DNA of 64,000 nt from Hydrolagus affinis (GCA_012026655.1 JAAILG010000968.1:1-64000), one strand, 5' to 3'. Positions 38,291-52,091 are shown, counted from the stretch's first letter. The notes: generated from the letters alone by a model not told the origin. Numbers and translations: made by a program.

Positions 38291-39279
38291 AGTGTATGCC
38301 TGTAAACAAAACGCCTGCAGCAAAATCTCCATGGACCTTATATACATTAGCAATCAACACAAAGTGAATCCAATTTAACATTCAAAAGCCTGGATGGAAC
38401 AGGGTGCATTTACCATTTACAAACGCAAAACTTGTTTTCAGGTGGTTTGGAGTAAACATTACCCAAGCCGACAACATTTGTCTTTACCTACATTGTTTTG
38501 GGGGTAGTTTGCACAATTTCTTCTTCAGCTTGTGCAACAAGTTGCTTAAACTTTTCTGTTTGACCTTGGGGTGGCACTAAGCAGTATCCGCAGAACTTTC
38601 CTGCTAATCTGCCAACATTCTCATTTGAAAAGACACAATTCCTTTTGCTGACCTACATTGGGTAGGTTTTAAGACACTCATGAATCAAACCCACAGATCT
38701 TTCTCTTTTACATATCCCTGCTGTGTCATAATGTTGAAGGTGCTGTAAGTAAATTTAAGCAAAGAGTGAGACAGCTGTACCACTGCAATGGCAATTAGCT
38801 ACTGTCTTTAAATATGGAAGCCTGTCAGAAACATTCACATTGCCACATTCCCAACTGCGCTTCACAGAAAGATGTACATGAATGTTTTTTTTGAAAATGC
38901 AGAAGTATTTGAGTCCTTTGAGGAATAGTTTGCATGAGAAGAAGACACATTTTCCACCACTTATTGGTATTTTTTTTTGTGTGTGTGTGCGCTGAAAATT
39001 AGGAAGGCTCTTAGGGACGTCATGAATTCTTTAATAAAGGTGGTTGTGCTTTAAATAAGTGAAGATAGGCGCTTGGGACTGAACTTACATAAAGCAATCA
39101 TGGAATATGCAAACTGGAAGCGGGGAGAGTACAAAGAATGATTCAAGTGAGAATGATCGGAAATAGGTTTAAGGATAGAGACTGCACTTATGTTATAGGA
39201 ACTGAGGTGCAAGAATAGAGCAGGTAAAAATAAATCAATGAACAAGTAATTGATAGAGTCCATTATTATATTGACAAAG

Positions 39280-39650
39280 TAAAGTGGCTTTTGCACTAAT
39301 GCAAGGTTTATAATACGCAAAGGGGCTCGAGAATTCTGTGTGGATTTCAAAGATGGATATAATTAGTCTTAACAGAAACCTTAGTTGGAAATGTAGGAGG
39401 GTATCAATTTCAGGTATAAACTATTTAGGAGGCAGAGAAGAAATAAATCAGGGAGCAATGACATTACTTTTGAAGGCTGGACTGAACGTGAGCAAAATAG
39501 ATTTAGCTATGGATGGTGAGAGGTCCGAATTAGTTTGGGTGGAAAGTCGGATGAAACAAAAGGTGTGAAATTATTCATCAGGAATTGATATAGATTCCAC
39601 AAGGCTGGAAGAGGAAATCACAATGGGATTATCAGACCGCAACAAAAAGG
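39280..39650 (+). mobile_element. decayed CR1 endonuclease-domain fragment
   Basis: Traces of TNAR, DII..TET and ISGYKLFRR motifs across frameshifts. Confidence 0.55.
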
Positions 39651-40589
39651 CGGGATATCTGTGTTTGGGAAAGAGAACGGAACGTGGGAATGCTTTGTGA
39701 CACTGCTGGATTCAAATTTCACCTGGGTCACTGTTTATAACAGCCTGACTCATCAGAAGGACCTGGATGGAAATATCACTGTGGGCAGGGAATCTTCCCA
39801 CTCAGTTCCTGTTAACCCCGCAAGCCAAAGCCACGCTGGAAGGGTGGCCCCAGCGCAAGCTGGACAAGCAGTTGGGAAAGCTTTCTACACAGTGCTTTTA
39901 ATGGCAAACCATGTGGTTTTAGCGAGTTAGACACCAACAGTTACCCAAACACACTCTAGGGTCCTCATGTCTTGGCTCTCGCCAACCCATGCCAAATATT
40001 TTGTGAAAATAGGTAAGCAGGATGCATCCCTCCAGGAAGAGTGGGATCATTCTATTCCCATAAACATGTCTGGAATTTCCATGTGTAAGTGGGATGAACG
40101 GAACACTCAGTTTGATTTGGATACTCTTATGCATGGTGATGGGTTTCCACGTGTGTCAGACGTGCGGCTGACACACAAAAAAAAAGTATTTTTATTCTAT
40201 TGATGTAACATTTCAATGTCCACAGAATTTGACCAACTGTTGAATTCTGCCTTTCTTTAAAAAGAGCTAACAAAATCCGGCTTGAAAATTAACCACTATT
40301 TTTAAGAATTGAACAAATGTTGGCTGCTCTGAAACCTTGTGTAAGTAAAATAATACTGTACTCTACCCAGGTGGAATTTCTAGAGACAATGGGATTTCCA
40401 GATGGGTCTATCTCACCACTACAGTACTATAGAGTCATAATGAGTGTACTTGCTTCCCGGCTGGGGGGGAAGCTCTTTACCATAGAAAGTGGTGTTTTTT
40501 CCTCTTCTGGTAGTTTCAGGGAAAAGAGTTTCAATATTTAAGCAAAGGAGAGTAGAAATTCAGCAGTTAATTTTTTTTTAATACTCTGT

Positions 40590-41160
40590 ATATAAATGGG
40601 TGGTAACAGGAGACGACACCTTGGCGATTGCGATTCTGCTGCTTTTCCTTTTTTTTTACTAAACAAAACCCAGAAACATAAGTCCAGGAATTATAGGTCT
40701 GTTCGTCTGACATCTGTACTTGGAAAACCATTGGAATCTGATATGAGGGAAACAATTACAGTGTGTTTTAATAACAGTAAAGGGAACAATTCCAAACCAA
40801 TAAAGATCTGTGAAAGGCAGGTCATGTCTAATACGTTTATTGGAACACTTTGAGCATGTAACGGAATTGGTGGATGATAGTAATGTGCAAATGCTGCAAG
40901 CCCCCACTCGCAGAAGGCATTTGAGAAGCAGCCTTATTTATGAGAGATTTGTGAAGGGAAATGAAAGCTCTTGAGATAATGAGGAAGTGATATCTTATGA
41001 ACTGGTTAGGCACTAGTCGGTTCTCTCAACTATGGTCAGAGGAAAACGCCACGATTTGGGATAGGAAATATTAACATATTAATAAATGCTCATTAAGAAG
41101 GCATTAAAAGTGGAATCTGTAGGTTTGCTGTTATGTGAAAAAGCTGGCATCGCAGATCAC
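40590..41160 (+). mobile_element. decayed CR1 reverse-transcriptase fragment
   Basis: RNYRSVRLTSVLGKPLES matches the CR1 GNYRPVSLTSVVGKLLES motif; downstream gaaggcatttgagaag (KAFDK-like). Confidence 0.8.
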
Positions 41161-44100
41161 ACGAAACTGGACTTCTCGCAGATTGGAGGCCTTAGAGCTG
41201 TCTCGCGCCTTCGGACGTCCTCCTGACGTGAAAGGCGCCATACAAGTGTAATTTTGTTGTTGTTAGACACAAGAGGCATTAGATGTATAAATTGAGAGGT
41301 GCAGTGTTATATTTGAAAGAAAAGATTCTTACTTTCAATGTGACCACCTTGTTTACATGTGTGATCGACCAGGAGTGAGACAAATTCCTCTTCAATCCTT
41401 GCATCCAGCCGTGTGCAAATTGCTAACCTGAGTCTAATTCTGGTATCCCAATACGTTCTTCCAGACTTAATAAAGGTTTCAATGGAGCCTGATTCATAGG
41501 CTAATTTTCAGTTTTCATTTATTTGAACATTCTATTTACACAGCCTCGAGTACGAGGAAGCATCATAAATTCTTCATTAAACTGTATTTCCATCATTGGT
41601 CGGGGCACTGTGTTTTGTTTTATAAACGTGTTAATAGATACTGACATGACATTGTTAAAATGGAGAATGGTTTGGGACCACAAACAGGCTCTCATAGCCC
41701 AGTGGACTCCCAACAAAATGTAATTGTGATGCCTCTGCTCGGATCAATCAGATCACGGGTATGAATTCAGAATATCTTTCTTACATCTGTGAGCCATTGG
41801 CATTCAGAAACAGCCTGTAATGAGAATTGGAAAATAGAATGGAATATTCTCAGAGTCATTTTCTTTGTAGCAAATCAAAGTCAGGTACAAGTATTCCCAA
41901 ATCAAATACAAACAAGATTCTCTTTGTCGGGTAAAGTCTCCCAGTACACTCAATGTGAAATGTGCCATAAGCCCCAATCATTGCGATTTCCCAGACCAGA
42001 CGCTTTGTGAGGATGGCTGTGTCTTGGTCGGCAATTGGTAACAATTTATGGGCAGTTTTGATCTGGATGCTGGATTGCACAAAGAAATTCAATTCCCATC
42101 CTTCAAGCCATTAAAAAGAGGACATTTTCACTCTATTAGTTTGGCCTGGTTGCGAACCCTATCTAATAGTTGTATTGGCACTGAGAAAAGACTTTCTTCA
42201 GTCATTGAAATCAAACTTGCGGTTTCCAAAGGTAAAGGATAGGGGTCTAAAGGTTGTCACTTCAGCACTGGCCAGTGGCTGAAGCAGCGTGGTAGATGAG
42301 AATTCCATAATAAATCATTATTATTAAATGTCTGTGCTTCCTAACTGCACTGTACAGTACCATAAAAAGCACCGTAATGCTGTAAGTTCGTCAAACATTA
42401 AACAGATCAAAGGTTGTCGGGTGGCAGTATTTCTCACTTAGCCCCATGTCTACTATGGACGAGGGAGTGCAAGTCTCATTCTCAGTCTGTAGGCATTGTA
42501 AAAAGGAGAGGAGTTAGTAGTGAGCGACAGTGGTAGTTAATGATATTTATAGTCTTCATATTTTCAGTGCAGGCTTTTTATGTAAAGTATTTTTTATGTA
42601 TCAGATAAAAAAAACTATCGACATTTTGAAACTGTCAATCGGGTTGTTTGTTTTCTCTAAGCGCAATTAAAAGTAATACACGTTTGAAATGCACCAATTA
42701 TAGCAGGGCGATGATTCAAACACGGCTGTTCGGTTCTGTTTGCACAGTGAGTGGGAATGTTTGCGTGTGTAGCTGTGATGGGATTTTCCCATTGTGTGCA
42801 CACTCACAGGCAAATTCGCTACACTCTGTGAATGCTCCAGAATAGCCTCTTAAAGATAACTGCCCGCACAAACTCTTATTGTTTAACCCACTATTATTAC
42901 AAGACCTATAAATTCTCTACAATGCCTGGCTCAACACCACGGTTGCATGTCAACGTTTACCAGCATTGTTTATGACTTTGCGGGTGCTATTGCCAGAACT
43001 ACCTCAAAATCTTGTGTCTGTGCTCCAGCCCCCGATACCGAACCTCACCTGCACTTTTTGCCTCCGAGCATTCTTCCGCTTCCATCCCAGTTCATTCCTT
43101 GTTTTTCTAGGAATCTCAGCGTCTTTCTCCCGATACTGGCTCTCTCTTTCGTAATGCCACGACTTTCCGTTTAAAGCAACGTTCGACTGAGCAGAAACAA
43201 CAAATTGCACTTAGACAGCCCCTTTCATGTCAGGAGTACGTCCCAAGGCACTGAGTGAGTATTGATGGACCGCTTCAGCCCACCTGTCTCTCCCCGACAA
43301 AGGATGCTGTGAAATCCCCAAGTTAAATTAATTTTTTTTAAAAAAGAAACCCAGTATGCACAGGGATAGCAGTTGTGGTACAGAAAAGGGCTGACATTTT
43401 ACTGTGATCCTGCTTCCCCTCTTGCCAGTTATGCAGCCATATCACTGGAAGGCTTATTATCCATGACTAACTAGTTCCTGGTGTGTATTCTCAAAATATT
43501 CATAAATACAGAGATATAACTGTTATTTTATCAATTGATTCTCTGTATCCGCGAGGGCTAAAAAAAATCTATGCGCACCTAATTTGGATTTTGTCTTCAT
43601 TTTCACCTTCAATTTCAATAATATTATCCACAATTTAAAAAAATGTAACCAATTCCCTCCTGATGACAAAAGCTCCCAGATCGGTATTTTTTTGCGTGGG
43701 AACACAGAAGAACAAAAAAACAACGAAGAATGGGAAAAACAGAATTAGGTCTCAAAGCACGACAGAAACACATTTATAGCCGTAAATTATGACCAGTGCA
43801 GTCATAAATCAGTGGTTCAAATGTCTTTGCATGCTTAGAGGAAAATGTGACTTGAAAGGAGAGCAGCAAAGAGACAATCAAGCTGTTGCTCCAGTTGGAC
43901 AGGGAATAAACTTGGGAGGAATCTGCTCCCAAGCCAAAATGTAGCTCTAGGCCTCGAACACTCAGCAGTTATTTGGTAAGATATGGACCTTACCATTCCA
44001 TAATCGCAACCACTTAGCTCTGTCCATCTGCGATCAATGAATTCTGAGGCTCCTGGTTTGATTGATACCTAAACATGCTTTTTTACCATGGAAGATAATG

Positions 44101-44785
44101 AAAACCAAGGAGAACTATGATAGTTATTCGAATGTTAGGCACATCTTAAAATTGATGGCACCTTGGAATTGTAGTAAAGTTCCTCTCTCTACTCCCTCTA
44201 ATTCCCCCAATTCACCTAATCCTCTAAAAATGGTCTAAGATTTGGAGGTGCCTAAATTTGAGTACATGTCATAATCACATAAATCAGTTCTTTTGTTTTA
44301 TTACCACTGTAAGTCCACGGACGTGCGGGTTGGGATGTGAAGGACAGGGCAAGAGTGGAATGTAATAGATTTGGAATATACGAATGAAGCTCTGTCGACC
44401 ATAATATGCAACCTCTTAGTTTTATACCAAAAATGTACGAAAAATGTTACCTCTTAATTGTACATCAATCAGCGTAACTTCAGGGGAGTGCAAAAAATCG
44501 TTTCGTTCATTCAATATATATTGATGCATGCAAAAAAGCTGATGGGGTGTGGGTGGGGGGAAAGGGTGGAGGGGTGGGGTGATATATGCTATGTGAATCC
44601 CACTTTCCAACAAAATATTTGGCTGCTTAAAATGTAACAGGGGTTAAAAAAAAAGTGTGTGTTCGCCAAGGTGAATTAAACATTTAAAATGCTTTTTTGC
44701 AGTTCTGGAGAAAATTCTGAAGTCATAATTTGTTTCTGGAACACAAGAAAGAACATCAATCCTTGTGTGATAGAGACCCATTTTG

Positions 44786-45185
44786 TGGACTCCTGTAACT
44801 TACTGGTTAGAACACTCGCCTTGCAATGAGGAGGACCTGGGTTTGATTCCCGGGCAGGACAAAACGTTGGGGCTGTTTCCTTACTCCACATGCTTCTGTT
44901 TATGTAGCAGAAGGTAGGAACCCGGTTGTTAGTCGATTTGCAAATTACTTTTCTGGGGGATAATAATCTCTACAAAAAAAAAACTTTTTTCAAAATAATA
45001 ATAATAAATTGGTCACTCAATCTTCAACTGTTTGTGTGACAGTCTGCGTGACAGGCAACTAGCTGGCTGCCGTGTTTCACTCACAATTCACTTTATAGTA
45101 AATTCTGTGAAGCAATTTGAGATGTCTCAAAGAAGTGATAAGGTCCTATATCAAAATGCAAGGATTATTGTATTATTATTATTAT
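44786..45185 (+). mobile_element. family A SINE long form (head, Meta-like segment, Deu core, L2 tail)
   Basis: Same head, core and tail as 6447-6769, plus extra ctgtttatgtagcagaaggtaggaacccggttgttagtcgatttg. Confidence 0.85.
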
Positions 45186-46237
45186 TTTACTTTGGTATCA
45201 ACAACACGTTTTGATTGTAATTTTCTCTCAAAGCTCACAATGCTCAGTTAGGCTATCGATTCTATTACTCCTGACCTCGTGTTAGTGTAGGCTAATCTTG
45301 CATGCCATCAAGATTGCTGTATTTCCCCATAAAACTTCCTTTCACAGCATTAAAATTATTTTAGGCCCTAAGGGTAAGCTACAGTCAGGTCACAGCACCC
45401 CAGAGACTCTCCATAGATTGAATGAGTGTAAAACTAATGTACAGGGTTTGTACGACTTAGATCTGGAGACTTCCATCTTTAAGACTATTCATTACTTCAT
45501 TTTCTCTTCCTCCATCCAAAACCTTGATCAAAACAAGACCCATTACAGATGTCCAGCTGTCAAGCATTATATGACTGATGAAGAACAGACATTTTGGCAG
45601 CTTGCACATGTTTCCAAAGCTTGTGAAATTTTAGCACTAAAAAATGTGTTCCACTGAGAAAATAAAGGCCTCACTAATGCCAGTCTGCTTGAGCTAGCTG
45701 TCAAAAATCTTAACTCTTGAGTGAAAATATCAGAAGCATGAATTTGGGATGCAATTTTGCTTGTAGATCTTGAATGGTTGAGCAGCGATCACCTGGAAAA
45801 TACGTTTGCTCTTAAGCCGCAGTACATTGTAGATTTGCGGAAGAGGTTGAGTAACCTTCACATGAGGAAATATAAAACAAAACCTAGGAAATGTCAGAAC
45901 ATGGCAGCATTTCAAAGTACAAGCAAACTGATCAGCAACAAACAGAAGCGCCGTAGGTTCTTGTGACATTTGACCATTTTCAAAACTACACGGTGGACAA
46001 AATGTTTTACTTGCTCCAGTAATGCCTCTGATCTTTTGTGGTTACCTATTGTTGCAATTGGCGCAAGCAAAGGTTTCATCTCAGAGCAAGTCTCCATTGT
46101 ACATGAATCCCTGACGTTAAGCCAGTCTTTGGCCTGTGTTGGGAGAGGAGCTATTTCCACTGAACATATTGATTTTCCCCCAGTGGACAGTCAGAAGGAA
46201 ATTCATCTGAAAATATATATTTTTTTCCCCTCAAAAT

Positions 46238-47465
46238 AACAACAACAACTTGCTCTTGTATAGCGCCATCCACACAGGGTAACCTCTCAGAGCACTTAAC
46301 AGTGGCAGAGCCTGACTCGAGCTGGGGGGAGGGAGGAGTGGGGGAGGTAGTACTTGAAAGTTGTAGTTGCTTGTAGTTTTCAGGTAGTACTTGAAAGAAT
46401 GGAGAGGGGGGGCATTGGCAGAGAGGTTGTGGGAGAGTGTTCTGGGCTAGTAGTGGCTGAAAGCGCAACCTCCGATGGTGGGATGGTGGAATGAGGTCCC
46501 ACTACAGCAGATGAAGGAGGAGATCCGAGGGAGGAGGGTGGTATGGTTGACAGTGTTGAACAAGTCAGAGAAATCCAGGAGAACGAGGAGGCAGAGGGAG
46601 GTCTGGTTATCGATAGAGAGGATGTTGTTTGTGACTTTGACAAGTGCTGTCTCTGTGCTATGGGCAGGGCGAAAACCAGACTGCAGGAGTTCGAGTAGGG
46701 AGTGGAGGGAGAGGGGTGACCCAAGTTGACCTGCAACAATGCCAGGAGTTTGGCGAGGAAGGGTAGGTTGGAAATGGGATGGCAGTGTGTGAGATTAGAG
46801 GGATCAAGGGTGGATTTTGTGAGGAGGGGTGTGATGATAGCAGTTTTCAGGGGAAGTGGAACAGAGCCTGAGGAGAGAGACTGGTCGACTTTGTGTGGGC
46901 CAACAGTGGGGAGAGAAGGGGGCATTGAGTGACCAGCAGCTGAGTGGGGAGGGGGTCGAGGTAGAAGGTGGTGAACTCCATCCGGGTGATTTTGGTTGAG
47001 AGGAAGGAGAGAGAAATGGGGTCAAAGGAATGGAAGGAGTGGGGGATTGGCAGGAGCCATGGCAAAGGGAAAAGGCGATATGGATGGTTTGGGTGGGTGG
47101 AAAGGGACATGGGAGGTGGGGAGAGGACAATGCAGCCAAGTGGATGTTTAAAATTTTTGAGACGAAGAAGTCTAGGACTTCTTTGCACTTGGCGTTTGAT
47201 GCGAGGATAGAGGAGGCTTGAGGGGTTGCACGGAGGAGGTGATAGACAGTGAAAAACAGCATCTTAGAATTGTTGTTTGCCTCCAGGGTGACATTAGAGT
47301 AAAAGTCAGTTTTGGCCGATGACAGGGAGAGACTGTAGGTAGGTGGGGAGGTGCTCGAGCCACAGCTGGCGGGAAACTTGTGGCTGGATTTCTGCCATCT
47401 GCGCTCGAGCATCCAGGTTTATGTTTTGAGTGAGATGAGATGATGTTGTACCAGGGAGAGAGGGT
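46238..47465 (-). mobile_element. L2 LINE fragment with decayed ORF2 and intact 3' tail, internally deleted
   Basis: KTAIITPLLTKSTLDPSNLTHCHPISNLPFLAKLL and QSGFRPAHSTETALVKVTNNIL..LVLLDFS are L2 RT motifs; (TTG)n tail at 46238. Confidence 0.93.
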
Positions 47466-49614
47466 GGGTAGACCAGTTAAAATATATAATCAAATTCACT
47501 AATACAGTATATTCTGTGATGCACTTTGAGGCGTCTTGAAGATGTGATAAGGCGCTATATCGAATGCAAGAATTATTATTATTATCACATTATTATATAG
47601 AGTTGGATCAGGGATTTCTCGACAAAGAAATTAGTTAAGAAATACTGCAAAATTGAACAGCTTAAAGCCCTTAAATGCTGATTTTTCTGTGTTTATTTTT
47701 CCAAAATTGACCCTAACCACCAATATCTGCATTGTGTTGAATGGACGGGGAATGTTTTGATCTGAGGCAGTATTTTCATCTTACCAGCAGAGGTTAAGTA
47801 CGTTCCACTGCATAGATTTTTCTGCAGGAATGCATAAAAGATTCATTCCTCCCCTCCTGATACTGAAGCAGCTATAGCAAAGTGGTAGTGCATTTTGTGA
47901 GGGACCACTGTGTGCACGAACAGCGCATAAATAATTTCACCCAGCCTTTAATTCACTAACACTTTTAATCAATTACGTTTTTTCTTCACAAGGTGGAAAA
48001 AAATTACTTGTGGCAAAAGAAAATCCAAGAAATGCATCATTTATGTTCCATATTGCGCACACGGATTCCAGACAGGCAGAGGAGAGCACGGAAGATTAGA
48101 TTGTTTGTTTACATCACAATAATGACCCAAGACAGCTGAAAATTGTTTAACCAATCCCCGATTGTGCTTTTGAATAAACTGATCATGAAAATCTCCACTT
48201 AATACACATTCGGCATTCAGGCAAAGTGAGCGAAATTGAAAAAATAACTTCAATCAATCAATCTGTTGCCAGCAAATTGACATACAGTAATATATCCGTG
48301 TTCTACAAAAGTTAAAATTCAGAGTAAATTACCAGCAAACTGCGCCTTTCTAATAAAGATCTGCACAGATAATGGGATTGGCAGATGAATCAGCCATTTA
48401 GTAATGATATCTTTGCAGAAAGAGAAGACTGAACGAGAATCAAGAGTAGATAACGTCTCCTTTGATGCTTCACAAAAGAAGTGGATTGGATGATTTATTT
48501 TCTACCTGCATGAGCATTGACCTAAACATATCTTGCCAGCGCTGTGAAAACCACAACCGGTTGAAGTTCAGCAGGAAGTTTACCTGCCAGAGGTTAGAGC
48601 TCAGCGATTGAATTGTTCCCTGAATAAAGCATCAGTTCACATGTCGCAGCTACAATCTGTTAAACTAAATGCATGAAGTGAATCCTTCTTTGTTGGTGGA
48701 GGAGAAGCAAATAAAAACTGAAAAGTGAGGAAAACAAAAAAAAACATTTTCCTCTTACTGTCGTTGCATTTAATTCTCGAGCTAACTACTTTAGTGTTTT
48801 CTTTGAGCGCAGAAGTATGTACGCGCTTTGTTGCTTGGGGCAGTTAATTGACAATGATTTATGGCTCTCAGATTTGCCTCCTTTGGCTATCTGTTTATCT
48901 TTGTTAAGACACTGTATTGTTTCTGAGTTGGTTGCTCTACAATTTGAGCAAATGGAAATCTTCCAGCAATGTTTTGAATCTGTGAAGTTTGTCGACAAAG
49001 AAGTGAAATGCTCTTGCACTGCTGGGAGCTAACCTAGTTTAGTGACAGTAAAAAAAACGGTGGATAAATCACTGTTTGATGTCTGTTTTATTGAGGCGGT
49101 AATGCTATGTTGGAATTTAGCAATGGGTTTATTTGTGGGAACTGCCCAGTACCTGAGATTGTATGTTCCTCGACGAGCTGTTGTTATTGTAACAAACACA
49201 CGCCTCAAAATACCTTTAATTGTGGGAAGTGGGAGAAAAGTCAACAATCGTGAACTTTCTGATCAAACGGAATGAATTTTTTAAGACTGTCCAAGGTTCT
49301 GGCGCTGCCGAGTGCAAAAATGGGGATTTTATTCCCGTGAGCAAAAAGGTAGAGGCCGATGAGGAAGCATCTGTCTTCACACGGTTAAAATACCTTTAAC
49401 AATCCAATTGAGGCTGATAAATACCCCGTCTGTTAACCCAGCTGTGGAGTGCAGATCTTTTGGAGATTAATGGGCTGAGATTCCGCTTGGCGTTATGCGC
49501 GGGACCTTTGGCGATGCCAGGCGCTAATGGGATTTCCCCTGCATTATAATGGCCCATCCTCAAGGCCAACAGGGGATTTGGGGAGCGAAGCAAAGTATGA
49601 AATATTTTGTCAGG

Positions 49615-50000
49615 CACCAGCCTGACTCAGTTGGTAGCACTCTCGCCTGTGAGGCAGATGGTTGCAGATTCAAGCCCCGCAATGGGACCTTGAACATTTT
49701 AAACTCACGTAGCATAAGGCGACAACGACAACAACAACAACATTATTACAGTTTTACAGTGCCTTTCCACGTCAGGAGGACGTCGCAAGGTTCTGGGCTG
49801 GTGGGAATACTGAATTGTTCTGAGGTGCCGTCCTTAGGATGAGATATTGATGTAAGTTCGCCTGTCCTCATTCAGGTGGACATTAATGATTCCATAGCAC
49901 CAATCAAAAACAAAGGCCTCAATTCCCCCAAGCACTTTACAGCAAATGCTATGAAGAGCTTTGAGATGTCTTCCAGATGTGAAAGGTGCTGTATCAAACA
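49615..50000 (+). mobile_element. SacSINE1-like SINE with an inserted opposite-strand L2 tail (about 49720-49790)
   Basis: Head gactcagttggtagcactctcgcc..ttcaagccc; body gaggtgccgtccttaggatgagat..caggtggac. Confidence 0.75.
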
Positions 50001-50449
50001 CACAAAATATGATCAGGTTTATGATTATGGATTCAACAAAAAATCTTTGGTGGAAACGTCCAACGTAATCGCATTCCGTTTTGAATCTTTCAAACAAATA
50101 CTTTAAGAAAGCTATTTTTAATTAGTTTTCTTCAGTTTGAAGCCAACCGTTATATTTAGGCATCGTTTATCATATTTGTCTCCTGTGTGTTTAGTAATTT
50201 TCCGCAAACATTCAGGAAAACTACAGTATTTGGAAAAAAATATGTCCTATGGGTTCTGACTTTTATTTTGAAGGTTAGCAGTGATAGCTTTGTAAGCACT
50301 GACATTGACTGTAGAGATATGTACTAGATTGTATACCTAGCGCATGCTCTGGCAGGAGCAACCATGTCAACATTTCAGCTCAGAAGCAGCAGGTTCGCCC
50401 CAAGACTGGGCTGACTCATATTTTATTCCAGTAATAATATAACTATTCT

Positions 50450-50630
50450 TCCTTGTGATATAGCACCTTATCAAGTCGTTGAAGATGTCTCAAAGCGCTT
50501 CACAGAATATATTGTAAAGTGGATTGACTGTGTGTTTTGTGAGCGAAACGCGGCAGCCAATTGTGCACAGCAGTGTCCCCGCAAACAATCGTAACACGGC
50601 AGCAAAAGTACGGTGGATTGAGTATGACGG
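50450..50630 (-). mobile_element. family A SINE 3' half
   Basis: tctcaaagcgcttcacagaatatattgtaaag..gcagccaattgtgcacagcagtgtcccc. Confidence 0.8.
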
Positions 50631-52072
50631 TATTTTTGGGTAGCACCATCCCTATTCCTGACATAAGAAGTCCAATGGGCTACTTTTGCTGCATTTTTGG
50701 AGTTGATCTGAAGCACGGTGTAAAGTTGCTGTTAGTTCTATTGATTCAGTTCGACTCCCGCTCCATGAAGCAAACTCGGGATCGAATGGATTGATTCCAC
50801 AGCTGTAGCATTAAATGCCATCATTCCTGCTGCTAATTTTGATCTGTCCACTGGCCATTCAACCAGCTGTTTAGCAATATTAAAATAATGCCAGGAGTAG
50901 TTTCAGTTAGAGGATCTCTACCCACACATGCATTTTGCTGCACATGTACAAGGCACTCCTTGGATTCCATCCGGGAGAAAGTTGAAGAGGAAACATAATT
51001 CTGAATTAAGTTGCTTCCAGCAGTATGAAAAGGTCATTCGACACTGCTGTGTGAAGACATTTATGCCTATGGAGTTATAATGCTAGAAATGTGAACCATA
51101 TCAATATGTCCTTTTGTCATGTTTTTTCACCTAATCCCGTTATTCTTTTGGCATTCTTTCCACCTGCCGCTGTCTCAATGGGACACTGTATACCGGAGGA
51201 AGTGAATGGCCACATAAGTTATTGATAGTTGAACAACACCTTTGAACCTTCCAATAATAAGCAGTAAAAATAGTTTGGCTTTGACTTCCTCTGCAACCCA
51301 ATGGATTATCTGGGGACACTGACATTGAGTGACATGGTGAATCATTTATGTGATGTTACATTTTAACCCATTAACTCAGATCTGTGAGTCACCTAAACTT
51401 CATAGACTGCGCACCCGGAATTCTACCAAAATACCACAATTCACAGCATGAGAAAATATTCCATCAAAGATGACCTTCATTCATTCATAGACATGACTGG
51501 TTGTATTGACGAATAAGACATTGAGGTTCAAGCCATTGGTTAGGTTTACTTGGGGACATTTCCCAACAACCTCTTTGGACGCAAATGATGGCCTGACACC
51601 AAGATCGGTAACAAAGAAGCAATTTTGTTCTTTACACTTATACGCCTTTGTGCTTAAGGAACTGCGCACACAATGACTCTCACTATAAGCTATGTTTGGA
51701 ACCCTTTAAAAAGTACCAGTCTGCTGAACTCATTGAGACAGAATCGGATATTGGTGGCGCTATATTTAGAGAGAATTACTCCTGCTGTTCAGTGTGATCT
51801 GACATTTACATCACAAGGGAGGTATGTTGAATTACTCTCAAGTGACACAACTACGATAGGTCATTGTCCCACATGGAATAGAGTGGAGGATGCACACAAC
51901 AGAACAGATTGTTTGTTTTCCATGTTCAGTGTACAGTACTTTCAGAGAAAATTCAGATGCCAGAAGAGGTTGTACAGCTGATTGAGCTACAGAAATTAAA
52001 TAACTGAATTATTTGTGCCAAACAGATGCTAGCCCAGACATGGAAACTGCATTCTTGGCATAGCTGTGTCCG

Positions 52073-52091
52073 GATGATGATGATGATGATG

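Noticed and set aside
45767-45845. Possible exon encoding LEWLSSDHLENTFALKPQYIVDLRK
   Set aside because: Acceptor is plausible, but the donor (GTTGAG) is non-consensus and the peptide is unrecognised
46380-47412. Longest ORFs in the track (181 and 202 aa) as host genes
   Set aside because: They are frameshifted pieces of L2 ORF2
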